Of a DNA stretch of 64,000 nucleotides, positions 51,306 to 61,570 are shown piece after piece (within the stretch, counting starts at the first letter, position 1; each line of letters starts with the position of its first letter). The DNA lies in contig CAVYBP010000001.1 of the NCBI GenBank assembly GCA_963766775.1, forward strand, positions 128,239 through 192,238, in the 5' to 3' direction. Under the pieces are notes generated by a model. It had not been told where the DNA came from, searched no databases, and saw nothing but the letters and a program-made list of their open reading frames with translations. Made by a program: the position numbers and the translations under genes. The DNA comes from an uncultured Phycisphaerales bacterium (GTDB taxonomy: Bacteria > Planctomycetota > Phycisphaerae > WQYP01).

Positions 51306-51363
51306 CGGTATGGTCCGCAGTATCGCACAACCCGATGGCACGGATCAGTCTGCTAAATCTGAC

Positions 51364-51403
51364 AAGGCCCGACGCACCGTAGCGTCGGGCCTTACCTTTT
51401 TTT
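51364..51403 (+). terminator. rho-independent terminator of ahcY
   Basis: 12-bp perfect stem AAGGCCCGACGC / GCGTCGGGCCTT, 6-nt loop, then a T7 tract (51397..51403). Confidence 0.85.
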
Positions 51404-51499
51404 AAGAGCAGCTTCGATACCTACGGCGAGGAGATCATTCAGTCGCCTTTTGCACGAAGTCGCGTACTTGTACAGCCTGATCACTTGCGGCCAATAGCG

Positions 51500-52480
51500 T
51501 CATAACTGGTGCCTCCCACCCGATGTCCCACCACCCTGCATTGCCTTCTTCGCCATCCCAAGGGTTACGCTCGCGAAGCGCGCAAGCAACCCACGTAATG
51601 TAGATTTATAGGGATTGCGAGGGGGAGAACTGATGTGAACTCCAAAGTGGGGACCCTCGCCATCCCGTGAGAGCGTCACCCCAGCCGACACTGAGGGAAC
51701 CTTATTCAACCCGCCTGCAACGAGTACTTTAGTGAATCCGACGTGCCCCCATTTGGCGAAAAGTTTTCGTTCGTCCTGAATCTCACGCCCCACTGGAAAC
51801 GCAGCTAATATTTCCTTCAATGGCGAAACCAGTTTTTCGATTTTCGCTTCGCAATCATCTGCCATCATTGACCATGCTCGAAGCATCGCCACATCCTCAA
51901 ATTCCAATCTCGATTCCGGCATTTCAGCATTCCTCCAAAAATGATCCGCGATAAATCCTAAAACATGACGAGCGATAACATGTTCCTCGACAGGTATCGC
52001 ATCAATTCGAATGCTATCTCGTAGCATGATTCCCACGCCTGTCCACGTCATACACTTCCAATGCTGACGCAGATCGTTAGGCAACTCCGCCGTCATGTTC
52101 TCAATCGCAAGGACAAAACCACCTTTGATCGCCGTCGTTTGGTTGCTCAGCCAATAGTCATAGTTTCTCACCTGATTCACTAGCTCTGGATCAGAATCCA
52201 TTGCGACCGCATCCAAGTCAGAATTAATATCTGAACTGGAATGAAACGAAGCTGTGACCTTCACCTCAATTGTCCACAGGATCACACGGACTCGGTCACA
52301 CCCAATCGTTCGCCACCCTTCGATTCGCAAATCGTCTCGCTTACCAGCGATCTGCTGCTCGGTGCTAACCAAGAATTCGCACCCTTCCAGTTCAGAAACT
52401 CGAACGCCTGAAAAGGTCGCAAGCCATTGGCAAAAGCACTTGCGCGTCACCGGCGCGTTGATTAATAGTCCGGCCAACAT
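51500..52480 (-). CDS. hypothetical protein with a possible PD-(D/E)XK nuclease core, in an AT-rich islet
   Basis: GKRDDLRIEGW ... ILWTIEVKV resembles a D...(D/E)xK arrangement. Lower GC than the flanks. No confident family assignment. Confidence 0.4.
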   Translation of the reverse strand: MLAGLLINAPVTRKCFCQWLATFSGVRVSELEGCEFLVSTEQQIAGKRDDLRIEGWRTIGCDRVRVILWTIEVKVTASFHSSSDINSDLDAVAMDSDPELVNQVRNYDYWLSNQTTAIKGGFVLAIENMTAELPNDLRQHWKCMTWTGVGIMLRDSIRIDAIPVEEHVIARHVLGFIADHFWRNAEMPESRLEFEDVAMLRAWSMMADDCEAKIEKLVSPLKEILAAFPVGREIQDERKLFAKWGHVGFTKVLVAGGLNKVPSVSAGVTLSRDGEGPHFGVHISSPPRNPYKSTLRGLLARFASVTLGMAKKAMQGGGTSGGRHQL

Positions 52481-52629
52481 TTCCGCGCACTGGCGCGTCG
52501 CGAATGGCGGTGGACCCGCAGCGGATTCCTTATGATCCGAGTAAAAATATTATCCGCCGCCAACGGCAGCAACCTCCCGCCCGCGACGCGTCGTTTGGTA
52601 TTCTCCGGAATCAGTAGGGATGTTTTCAC

Positions 52630-52857
52630 TTATAGGCTCTCAAATTCGTCTGGCGTCAATCCGGCCTGATTCAAGATACTACGTAACGTCCCCAACGGAA
52701 TATCAGAAGTATGGTGCGGAACAATCGCAATCCTTACGCCTTCCGCTGTAGTCTTGGCAAATTTGACATGACTCCCGCGCTGGCTCACTTCCTCAAAACC
52801 AGCCGCACGCAGTTTTCGACGTACTTCTCGAAAGACCGAAGGCTTAAGCCGCCCCAA
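52630..52857 (-). CDS. hicA: HicA-family mRNA interferase toxin
   Basis: LKPSVFREVRRKLRAAGFEEVSQRGSHVKF.......IAIVPHH.SDIPLGTLRSILNQAGL is the HicA/YcfA pattern. A probable TTG start at 52857 lies inside ORF 52630..53043. Confidence 0.78.
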   Translation of the reverse strand: MGRLKPSVFREVRRKLRAAGFEEVSQRGSHVKFAKTTAEGVRIAIVPHHTSDIPLGTLRSILNQAGLTPDEFESL

Positions 52858-53050
52858 CTTCCACCTCAATATTACTGACTTTCGGAAGAACCGTAGCCGT
52901 CGGGGGCTCAAAATAAAGCTCCAGCGCTTCCCGAAGATGATCGAGTGCCTCCTCTTCGGTATGCCCGTGGCTCGCGACATCCACCTCCGCGCACTGCGCG
53001 ATGTACCATTCCTCTTCCCGCCATACCCGAGCCGTAAACGCACGTTTCAT
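52844..53050 (-). CDS. hicB: HicB-family antitoxin (short, UPF0150-like)
   Basis: FTARVWREEEWYIAQC.EVDVASHGHTEEEALDHLREALELYFE is the HicB N-domain pattern. It overlaps hicA by 14 nt. Confidence 0.78.
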   Translation of the reverse strand: MKRAFTARVWREEEWYIAQCAEVDVASHGHTEEEALDHLREALELYFEPPTATVLPKVSNIEVEVGAA

Positions 53051-53470
53051 GAGATATCCTTTCGTTCCAGTTTTGAATTATACCGAATAATGCGTCCGCC
53101 TCGCCTATCGTGCCTTCTGTTACAATGCCACAAAGCCGCTTGGAAGCAGTCCAACGTCAACCACCCCCCACCCTCCGTGTCCGCCCTGAGGAACATTTAC
53201 ATCTTGAAGGCCCCGAAGATCGGTACGCATGTGCCCTCTATCCGCCCTATCTTGCCGCGTTCGGCTGCCGGCCGCATTTCGGTCTACTGCGTCCCCTCGC
53301 ACGCCCTTAACACATCCTTACAACTTCTCTCTTGCCTCCGGCCTCACATTGGTTAACAATTGCCGTGTACCGCTGGTGCCCCGTCTGCCGATAATAACCC
53401 CAAGGGCTCGCGACCCTCGCCTCGCGGCCTCTCTCGTGCTCGGACGTTCGTACTCAGGAAGCCTAAACCT

Positions 53471-54745
53471 ATGACGGTGGCCAACAAACAAGACACCATC
53501 CTCGGCAAGCTCGTCGTCGATCAGGGACTAGCCACCAAGGCCGAGGTCGAGGAATGCCTTGGCATGCAGGCCGATCTCGCCAAGGAGCAGAACCAGCGCA
53601 GCCTTGCCGACATCATGGTCGAAAACGGCGTTATCACACGCCGCCAGATCGAAAGGATCCGTCCCGTGGCCGACGAGCAATCCTCCAGTCAACAGATCCC
53701 CGGATACCAAATCCTGTCCAAGCTCGGTGCCGGCGCGATGGCCACCGTTTACAAGGCCAAACAGCTTCGCCTCGACCGCACCGTCGCCATCAAGGTCCTG
53801 CCCCAGCGAATGACCAGCAACCCGGAATTCGTCGAACGCTTCTACAAGGAAGGCCGCGCCGCCGCCCAGCTCAATCATCCCAACATCGTCGGTGCGATCG
53901 ACGTGGACGAAGCCAATGGCTACCACTACTTCGTGATGGAATACGTCGAAGGCAACACCGTCTACGACAAGCTCGACAAGGGCGAACGCTACACCGAAAA
54001 AGAAGCGCTCAGCCTCACCATCCAGGTCTGTAAAGCGCTCGTCCACGCCCACAAGGCCGGCTTTATTCACCGCGATGTGAAACCCAAAAATATCATGATC
54101 ACGCCCGACGGCGTCGCCAAACTCGCCGACATGGGTCTCGCTCGCGAAGCCTCCGACGTCGAAGCCGCCCAGGCCGAAGCCGGCAAGGCCTACGGGACAC
54201 CCTACTACATTGCCCCCGAACAAATCCGCGGCGAACTCGACATCGACCAGCGAGCCGACCTCTATTCTCTCGGCGCAACGCTCTACCACATGGTCACCGG
54301 CCGCGTCCCCTTCGACGCCCCGACCCCCTCGGCCGTCATGCACAAGCATCTCAAGGAAGAGCTCGTCCCGCCCGATCACATTGTTCCGGAATTGACCGCG
54401 GGCGTCGGTGAAATCATCGAAGTCGCGATGGCCAAGAAACGGAAAATTCGATATCAGACCGCCGAAGAGATGCTCTCTGACCTCGAAAAAGTCGCCGCCG
54501 GAGAACCGCCCGTCATCGCGCGGACCACGTATAATCTCGCCAAGCTTGAAGAACTCGAAAAGAGCGGGACCACCTCGGCCTCGGAAATTCAGTCTCATTC
54601 CAACGCCGTCCCCGTCTACGCCCAGAACACGATCGACATCGACCCTCGTTCGGTGAAGATGCGCCTGCTCGATCCGATCGTGCTCGGCCTCGTCGCCGCG
54701 CTTCTCGGTTCCACCATCATTATCTTCGCACTACTACTACGCTAA
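53471..54745 (+). CDS. membrane-anchored Ser/Thr protein kinase with N-terminal MshEN/T2SSE_N-like module
   Basis: Hanks motifs GAGAMATVYKA, AIKVL, HRDVKPKNIM, DMGLA, APE. C-terminal TM helix IVLGLVAALLGSTIIIFALLL. The N-terminus has two LG..LV..G.... repeats. Confidence 0.9.
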   Translation: MTVANKQDTILGKLVVDQGLATKAEVEECLGMQADLAKEQNQRSLADIMVENGVITRRQIERIRPVADEQSSSQQIPGYQILSKLGAGAMATVYKAKQLRLDRTVAIKVLPQRMTSNPEFVERFYKEGRAAAQLNHPNIVGAIDVDEANGYHYFVMEYVEGNTVYDKLDKGERYTEKEALSLTIQVCKALVHAHKAGFIHRDVKPKNIMITPDGVAKLADMGLAREASDVEAAQAEAGKAYGTPYYIAPEQIRGELDIDQRADLYSLGATLYHMVTGRVPFDAPTPSAVMHKHLKEELVPPDHIVPELTAGVGEIIEVAMAKKRKIRYQTAEEMLSDLEKVAAGEPPVIARTTYNLAKLEELEKSGTTSASEIQSHSNAVPVYAQNTIDIDPRSVKMRLLDPIVLGLVAALLGSTIIIFALLLR

Positions 54746-54853
54746 CCCCCCCCCCGCGCGGCCCCCCGATCTCACCCCCGCCCGCCGTCATGCCCACCCC
54801 CCGGCCCTTTTTGTGGCATACACACCGCACCGCAAAACCTACCCACCCCAGTC

Positions 54854-55959
54854 TCAATCCGCCTTATACCCCTCCAGCACCCCGGCCGCATTCAAAATAA
54901 TCACCCAGTCATCCGAACTCCGCACGAACGCCCGCGCCCCCTTGATCGGCGTCGATGAAACAACCGAGCCATCGCTCAGCGAAAGCGACTTTAGGTTCCC
55001 CGCCGTGTCCCCCACCCACACATGATCCCCGACCACCGCCGCGATTTGCGAAACCCCATCGGCCTCCCACGTCACTTCTCCATTCGCCGTGGCAACTCCA
55101 TAAAGCCCCTTGCCGCTCGAAGGCACCAGCACCATCCCCTTCGTGCTCATCGGCTTCTGGTCCAGTGTCCCCTCCAGATGCGTGTCCCACAATTCGCTTC
55201 CCGTGGCCGCATCAAACGCATACAGGTAATGATCCAGGCTCGGCACATACACCGCCTTGCCGTCGGAAGCCAAGCCTCCTGTCACCTGACCGTTGGTCTT
55301 GCGATCCTTCCAGATCCAATTGCCGTCCGATTCATTCACACGCCAGAGCTTGCCCTGTGTGCTCGCCAGCACCAGCGTATCGCCGATGACGGCAGGCTCC
55401 GCGGTGAAGCCATCATTCGGTGCCGCCGTCACCCAGACGCGGCCGCCCAGTTGATCCAAAAATAATCCATAAAAATAATCATTCCCGCCGACGCACAGAT
55501 TCGTCCCGCTGACCACGGGATTGGTGGAGACGACAAAATCAAAGCGGTTGATCGCTTCGGTCCGCCCCGTTGCCTTGTTCAATACCGACACCTCACCCCG
55601 GCTCGCGATCAGCACGCGCTTCCCGCCCGAAAATTCCGTCGGACGATGGAACACCGATGTCCCGCTCCCCACGATCACATCCCACGCCTTCACGCCGGAT
55701 GCGGCTTCAATCCGCACGACGCGAGCCTGATTGGTCGTCACATACACCGAATCAGCGACCCGCCATACATGATCAATAACCTCGCGCGGGCGAGGACGAT
55801 CTGCCGTTCCCACACCTGCCGCAAGCCGACCTGCTGCAAATTCGGGAATGGAATGTATGCGGGAATTTTATTATTCGAGCATCCCGACAATCCGATGAAC
55901 AATACCCCGGAGCCCACCGCGGCCAGGATTGCGGACGCGAGCCGTTGACGAAAAAGCAT
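54854..55959 (-). pseudogene. BamB-like PQQ beta-propeller lipoprotein, one frameshift as assembled
   Basis: The lipoprotein leader MLFRQRLASAILAAVGSGVLFIGLSGC lies in ORF 55738..55998. Propeller repeats (..YLYAFDAATGSELW..) lie in ORF 54854..55813. Confidence 0.75.
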
Positions 55960-56200
55960 GCGGACTCCTTGCGGATAGAGGCGAGCCGGGTTCGGCACAC
56001 AATATTAAAAGGCAAAGAGGCCAGACAGGTTCATGAAAGCAGCAGCGCAATGATCCGCGCCGCTCCTGCCACCTTCGCCATTGGGAACATCTTACTTCCA
56101 CCGCCTCAACGGTCAACTCAAAAGCCCGCGTCGATGGCTCCAGTTTTCCTCCACCCCGCCCCACGCTACACTAACTCTCCTAATCCCTGGAGCCTAAACC

Positions 56201-56767
56201 GTGCTTTCCCCTCCGGACATCCTCACCCGCCTCCGCGCCGCCTTCAATGACGACGCGATCCCCGCCGCCCACCTCGAGGGCCTCCACCCCTGGATCGTCG
56301 TCGCCGCCTCCGCCTGGCCCACCGTCGCTCAATTCCTCCGCGACGACCCCGCCCTCTCCTTCACGCTCCTCCGCTCCATCACCGGCCTGGACTACCCGGA
56401 CAAAAAGCATCTCGTCGCCGCCTACGATCTGCTCTCCTTCGACCATCACCACGAAATCTGCATCAAGATCATCCTCCCTCGCGATCGCCCCATCATCCCC
56501 TCGGTCGCCCATGTCTGGCGCGCCGCCGACTGGCACGAACGCGAAACCTACGACCTCCTCGGCATCAACTTCACCGGCCACCCCGACTCCGTCACCGACT
56601 CGGTCGATGCCAACGGAAACGCCATCGAACACCCGCGCCGCATCCTCCTCCCCGACGACTGGCTCGGCCACCCCCTCCGCAAAGACTACCCCTTCCCCCG
56701 CGAATACCACGGCATCCCCGGCACCGTCGAAACCGACTGGGCGCAAAAACCCAATTATCCCAAGTGA
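56201..56767 (+). CDS. nuoC: NADH-quinone oxidoreductase subunit C
   Basis: GTG start. ..LLRSITGLDYP.., WRAADWHERETYDLLGI.F.GHPD, LPDDW.GHPLRKDYP. Confidence 0.92.
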   Translation: MLSPPDILTRLRAAFNDDAIPAAHLEGLHPWIVVAASAWPTVAQFLRDDPALSFTLLRSITGLDYPDKKHLVAAYDLLSFDHHHEICIKIILPRDRPIIPSVAHVWRAADWHERETYDLLGINFTGHPDSVTDSVDANGNAIEHPRRILLPDDWLGHPLRKDYPFPREYHGIPGTVETDWAQKPNYPK

Positions 56768-56807
56768 GACAACCGCCACTTCGCCCATCCGCTTCTTCAG
56801 GATCCCC

Positions 56808-57959
56808 ATGACCACCATCAACACCGCCGATCTCGACCAGCACTCCGACGTTCAATCCGAGGAAATGCTCGTCAACATGGGGCCGCAGCATCCCTCCACC
56901 CACGGCGTCCTCCGCCTCGTCCTCCGCACCGATGGCGAAATGGTTCTCGAAGCCACGCCCCACATCGGCTACCTCCACCGCTGTGCCGAGAAGATCGGCG
57001 AAAATCTCGCCTACTACCAATATGTCCCCTACACCGACCGGATGGACTACCTCGCCGGCATGAACAACAACGTCGGATGGTGCCTCACCGTCGAAAAACT
57101 CGCCAACCTCGAACTCCCCAAACGCGCCCAGTACATCCGCGTCATCATGTGCGAACTCAACCGCATCGCCTCCCATCTCGTCACCATGGGAGCCTACGGC
57201 CTCGACATGGGCGCGTTTACCCCGTTCCTTTACGCCTTCCGCGAGCGCGAATTCATCCTCGATCTCTTTGAAGCCGCCTGCGGCGCCCGACTCACCTATT
57301 CCTACGCCACCATCGGCGGTCTTACCCACGACCTCCCCCAATCCTGGATCGACAAGTGCATCGAATTCCTCAACTACTTCGAGCCAAAACTTGCCGAGTA
57401 CGACAACCTCCTCTCCTTCAATCACATCTTCATCAAACGCACCCGCAACGTCGGCATCCTCTCCAAAAAACTCGCGCTCGATTACTGCATCACCGGTGCG
57501 ATGCTCCGCGGTTCCGGCGTTTCGTGGGACCTCCGCAAACTCAAACCGTACTGCCACTATGAAGATTTCGATTTCGACATCCCCATCGGCGACGGTCGCC
57601 AGGGAACCCTGGGCGACTGCTGGGACCGCTACTACGTGCGAATCCAGGAAATGCGCCAGAGCCTCCGCATCCTTCGCCAGGCCCTCGCCGCCCTCCCCCC
57701 CGGCCAACACCGCATCGCCCTCCCGCGCATCTTCAAAATCCCCCCTGGCGAAATCTACATGGAAACCGAAGGTGCCCGCGGACAACTCGGCTTCTACATC
57801 GAATCCCACGGCGGCCCCATCCCCACCCGCGTCAAAGTCCGAGGCCCATCCTTCTGCAATCTCTCCATCGCCTCCGAACTCTGCAAAAACTGCCTCCTCG
57901 CAGACGTACCCGCCATCATCGGCTCCATCGACATCGTCATGGGCGAGACGGATCGGTAA
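56808..57959 (+). CDS. nuoD: NADH-quinone oxidoreductase subunit D
   Basis: ATG at 56808 gives MTTINT... MLVNMGPQHPSTHGVLRL, TDRMDY, and a C-terminal ..GSIDIVMGETDR. Confidence 0.95.
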   Translation: MTTINTADLDQHSDVQSEEMLVNMGPQHPSTHGVLRLVLRTDGEMVLEATPHIGYLHRCAEKIGENLAYYQYVPYTDRMDYLAGMNNNVGWCLTVEKLANLELPKRAQYIRVIMCELNRIASHLVTMGAYGLDMGAFTPFLYAFREREFILDLFEAACGARLTYSYATIGGLTHDLPQSWIDKCIEFLNYFEPKLAEYDNLLSFNHIFIKRTRNVGILSKKLALDYCITGAMLRGSGVSWDLRKLKPYCHYEDFDFDIPIGDGRQGTLGDCWDRYYVRIQEMRQSLRILRQALAALPPGQHRIALPRIFKIPPGEIYMETEGARGQLGFYIESHGGPIPTRVKVRGPSFCNLSIASELCKNCLLADVPAIIGSIDIVMGETDR

Positions 57960-59315
57960 TGTTGTTGTTTCGTGGAGCGACCGGCATCCGCCCTCCCGCG
58001 CCAAATGCCGATCCGCAAATTCCAGAAAAATCCGCCAATCGCCCGCAGTGATCGTATGCGGCCCCGTATGTTCCTCAAACCCAATATCCCCCGCTGTCAG
58101 CGCCACATCCAGCCCCGGCATTTGCTCCGTTCCCAAATCCTTCTTCCCCAGCAGCCGATATACCGGCCCCGCCGCCACCGCCGCCAGAAACTCCCCGTGC
58201 GGATCCGCCCACAGGTCCTTCGACCCGCCCGTCACCAACAACGGCCGCGGCGCAATCAGCGACAACAGCATTTGCGCATCCACCGGCATATCGTTCCAAT
58301 GCCCCACATACCGCGCCATATTCCCCGCAAACTGCCACGGAAAACTCTGCACCATATCATCAATCGTCTCCCCAAAATCACGCCGCCCCAGCGACGATCC
58401 CAACTCCCCCGCGCAACTCGAAAAAACCAGCGCGATCCGCTTATCCTGCGCGCCCGCCCACAACACCGTCTTGCCCAACCGCGAATGCCCCACCAGGGCA
58501 ATCCGCTTCGCATCCACCACCGAATCGGTCTCCAGATAATCCACAATCCGGCTCACTCCCCACGCCCACGCGCTGATCGTTCCCCATTCCTCCGGCCCCG
58601 GACTTGCTTTCCCATTCAATGTCGCCCCAATCACCCCTGACGAAAACGTTCCCCGATTATCCGCCTGAATATCCGTGTAGCGCACCGTTGCATACGCACA
58701 CCCATGCGCAAGAATATCCCAGATCGGCACCGACTCCACCGCCACGCACTTCCCCTGCGTCGTCGCCACACTCGCCATCGTCGCCACCGAATCCTCCACC
58801 GACGGCGGCGCAACAAAGCTCAAATTCAATACCACCGGAAATGGCCCCTTCGCCTCACTCGGATACACCAAAAGGACATGAATCACCGATCCATCGCCGC
58901 CTGCGATCCGCCCCTCCACCCGCTTAGCCACCGCCTTCCCATTCATTGCGGAGCCCGTCGACGCGACACTAAACGTCACGGCCGGCACATTCCCCGGAAC
59001 CCGTCCATAAATATCCTGCCGGTAATACTCCAAAATCTCCGGCCTGCGCTTCCCAAACCACATCTCCGAATCCCGTACCCGTTCACCATTCGCCATCGTC
59101 AGCGGATCGGGCAGCGCGTACGTCCCCACCTTCGATTCATCATAATTCGTCACATGACCCGTCTTGTGAGAAACTCGAACCGGACTCCCACTGACACTCG
59201 CGCGTAACGCCGGACGACTCGCCGGCGCAGTTTCCGCCGCCTGCTGCCCCTTCACCCCACCAAGCGGCAACGCCAGCGAGCACGCAACAGCGACTCGAAT
59301 GATCGATACCCGCAT
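57960..59315 (-). CDS. CE15-family glucuronoyl esterase-like secreted protein (3' end unresolved)
   Basis: Signal peptide MRVSIIRVAVACSLALP. YDESKVGTYALPDPL..ANGERV, nucleophile motif GHSRLGKT. Homology ends near 57975, but the ORF (56592..59315) runs on antisense through nuoD without a stop. Confidence 0.75.
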
Positions 59316-59362
59316 AAAACCCTCGAGCGTCAGCCACTACTCGCGAGCCATCTCACTCAAGC

Positions 59363-60402
59363 TCATCCACCCTTCCCTACCACCAATATCTTAAACGTCC
59401 CCGCCGTCGGCTGCGGCCGCTTCCCCTTCTCCGCAGCAGCCTCATATCCGCTGTGGGCAGATAAATCATCGCCCCATCCGCGCTCGCCGCCATCGTCCGC
59501 GCACCCAACCCCGTCTTCACCGTCTGTTCCACCCCATATTTCCCATCCGCCTGACCCACTACCACCAACGTCCCATCCCCGCCGCTGGCAAAAGCCTTCC
59601 CGCCCGCAAATGCCGTCGCATCATTCCCCGCGCCAATGGGCAACTCGGCAAGCACCTTCCCATCCGTCGCGCTCATCACCACCAGCTTCTTATTCCGGCA
59701 TCCCACAAACAACACCTTCCCGGACGCATCCATCGACAGCCCCGTCGGCGTCGTCCCGCTCCCCGTCGGCCAATGCGCCAACACCTTCATCGCCTTCGTA
59801 TCCACCACGGCCACCTGATTTTTATCCGCAATGTTCACGTACACTTTCCCCTCCCCATCCGACACTGCAAACTCCGGCTTCCCGCCAAGATCGACCGGTG
59901 CCTCCGACACCCCGCTCTTCGGATCCACATCTGCTGCAACCCCCACCATCACTCCCGCATCGCCGCAGAACGTCAGTACATGCTTGCTCGCCGCATCATA
60001 CAAAATGCAATCCGCATCATCCGCCGCCTTCACGCTTCCCAGCGTCTCATTGGTCTTCAAATCAAAAATCTGAATCGTCGCGCCCCCTCCATTGCTGATA
60101 AAACCCCGCTCCAGCTCCGGCACCAGCGCGACACCGTGCGACAAATCATTCCCCTCAATCTTCGCCATCACCGCTCCCGTTTCCGCATCAATCACCTGCG
60201 TATATTTCCCGCGCGTCGCATACAGCAACTTTCCATCCGCGCTCAACGACACATAATCCCACCCACCCTCACCGCCCACCTTCAACGTCTTCACCACCGA
60301 ATACCCACCACCCGCCGGCATATCCGCAGCAAACAATCCCGACGCCGCGCACACCCCGACCAGTGCCGCCACAATTTTCAACGAACCCAAAACATTCTTC
60401 AT
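59363..60402 (-). pseudogene. YVTN/YncE-like beta-propeller secreted protein, frameshift near the 3' end as assembled
   Basis: ATG at 60402 gives MKNVLGSLKIVAALVGVCAASGLFA. Propeller repeats lie in ORF 59377..60792. The plausible tail ..YEAAAEKGKRPQPTAGTFKILVVGKGG (stop at 59363) is in another frame, from about 59450. Confidence 0.78.
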
Positions 60403-60480
60403 CGAAATCACTCCGCTTAAATAAAATGCCAACAGACCAACCGCTCGAATCCACGATCCCACACACCCTCCCACAACACT

Positions 60481-60680
60481 ATGAAGCGAACATGAACCCC
60501 CCGCAAGCCGCACACGACCAATGGGTACTTTCGGCACCATTTGGTTGTACCGCGACCGCAACGAAGCGTACATCCACCGTTCCCCGCAAAGTACGCTCAA
60601 CCCGGTAACTATTGGTACCGCGACCGTAAGGGAGCGCACATCCTCCATTCCCCCGCAAGGTACGCTCAACATGACAAAAT
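60481..60680. repeat. tandem array of about 2.8 units of ~71 bp, related to the REP/MITE-like family
   Basis: Units 60541..60611 and 60612..~60680 align throughout (TTGGT.TACCGCGACCG...AGCG.ACATCC.CC.TTCCCCGCAA.GTACGCTCAAC). A degenerate unit lies at 60481..60540. Each unit holds a GAGCGTAC/GTACGCTC inverted repeat. Confidence 0.8.
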
Positions 60681-60750
60681 CAATCAATGGGTCGCAACAG
60701 CGGTGGGGGGGCGGAAGGAAAGGTGAGGAAGGGGGGGAGCAACAAAAAAA

Positions 60751-60824
60751 CGGGGACGACGGGGCTCGAACCCGCAACCTCCGGCGTGACAAGCCGATAC
60801 TCTAACCAATTGAGCTACGTCCCC
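60751..60824 (-). tRNA. tRNA-Asp (anticodon GUC)
   Basis: Manual cloverleaf: acceptor GGGGACG/CGTCCCC, D-arm GCTC-AATTGGTTA-GAGT, anticodon stem TCGGC/GCCGG with loop TTGTCAC, T-arm GCGGG-TTCGAGC-CCCGT. No encoded CCA. Followed by a T7 tract. Confidence 0.93.
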
Positions 60825-61182
60825 GAATTATTACCTCATGTAAGTTCTTGTTATTGCTTGTTTTGCAATCGTATTCTTTTGTCTACATTCGTCATCTTCG
60901 GTCTCATTTTTGGTCGCTTTCGGAAGAGGCCTTATAATCCGTCCATGTCGAATTAGGCTCCCCGAGCAGCGAGCCCAAAATCGTACCCGAGAGTGACCAT
61001 CATGGCAAGCGAAAGTAAGCGTAGATCGCGCGGCGGCTCCATCACCGAACCCACCCATTGCACTACAACAGCCTAATAGAGAACTGCCTCCGCGACTTCA
61101 AACTCGAAGGTGGAGAGTGGTGAGCACGTTTGTGTTTTTCTCCATCCCCATTACGCCCCTCAGCAAATAGCCTACCGAATAC

Positions 61183-61220
61183 TTGACTATCATACAAAGT
61201 ATGCTATCATACTATGTATG
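61183..61220 (+). promoter_or_regulatory. sigma70-like promoter (TTGACT-N16-TATCAT) with two CATAC-N3-GTATG palindromes, abutting the toxin start codon
   Basis: TTGACT at 61183..61188 and TATCAT at 61205..61210. Palindromes lie at 61191..61203 and 61208..61220, the second containing the ATG at 61218. Confidence 0.5.
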
Positions 61221-61559
61221 AATTACGTATTTGTTCAAACGTCTTCCTTCGCCGCCAAAGCCAGGAAATTCGGCCTGTCCGTTGAGGACATCCGGCGGAT
61301 TGAACTGACGATCTGTGAGAACGCCAAGACCGCCCCTGTCATTGCCGGGACCAATGGACTCCGCAAGATGCGGTTTGCACCGGAAGCTACCGGCGGCGGC
61401 AAGAGTGGCGGAATCCGGGTTTGTTACGTGGTCATCGAAGAAGCAGCGTACGTGTACTTTATTACTTTCTTCGCCAAGAACGAAAAAGACAACATCGACC
61501 CGAGTGAGCGCCATGCGATCGCGGCCCTCATCGTAAGACTCAAAAAATCCCACAGTTGA
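61218..61559 (+). CDS. RelE/ParE-superfamily toxin (HigB-2-like)
   Basis: ..GLRKMRFA.......GGIRVCYVVIEEAAYVYFITFFAKNEKDNIDPSE is the pattern of this toxin family. ATG at 61218 inside ORF 61110..61559. Confidence 0.78.
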   Translation: MNYVFVQTSSFAAKARKFGLSVEDIRRIELTICENAKTAPVIAGTNGLRKMRFAPEATGGGKSGGIRVCYVVIEEAAYVYFITFFAKNEKDNIDPSERHAIAALIVRLKKSHS

Positions 61560-61570
61560 AAGGAGATACC

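Noticed and set aside
60481-60680. The tandem arrays (the 71-bp array, and the 7-9-nt arrays elsewhere) as CRISPR.
   Set aside because: There are no unique spacers between repeats. Units are either too short (7-9 nt) or directly abutting (71 bp). No cas genes are in the window.
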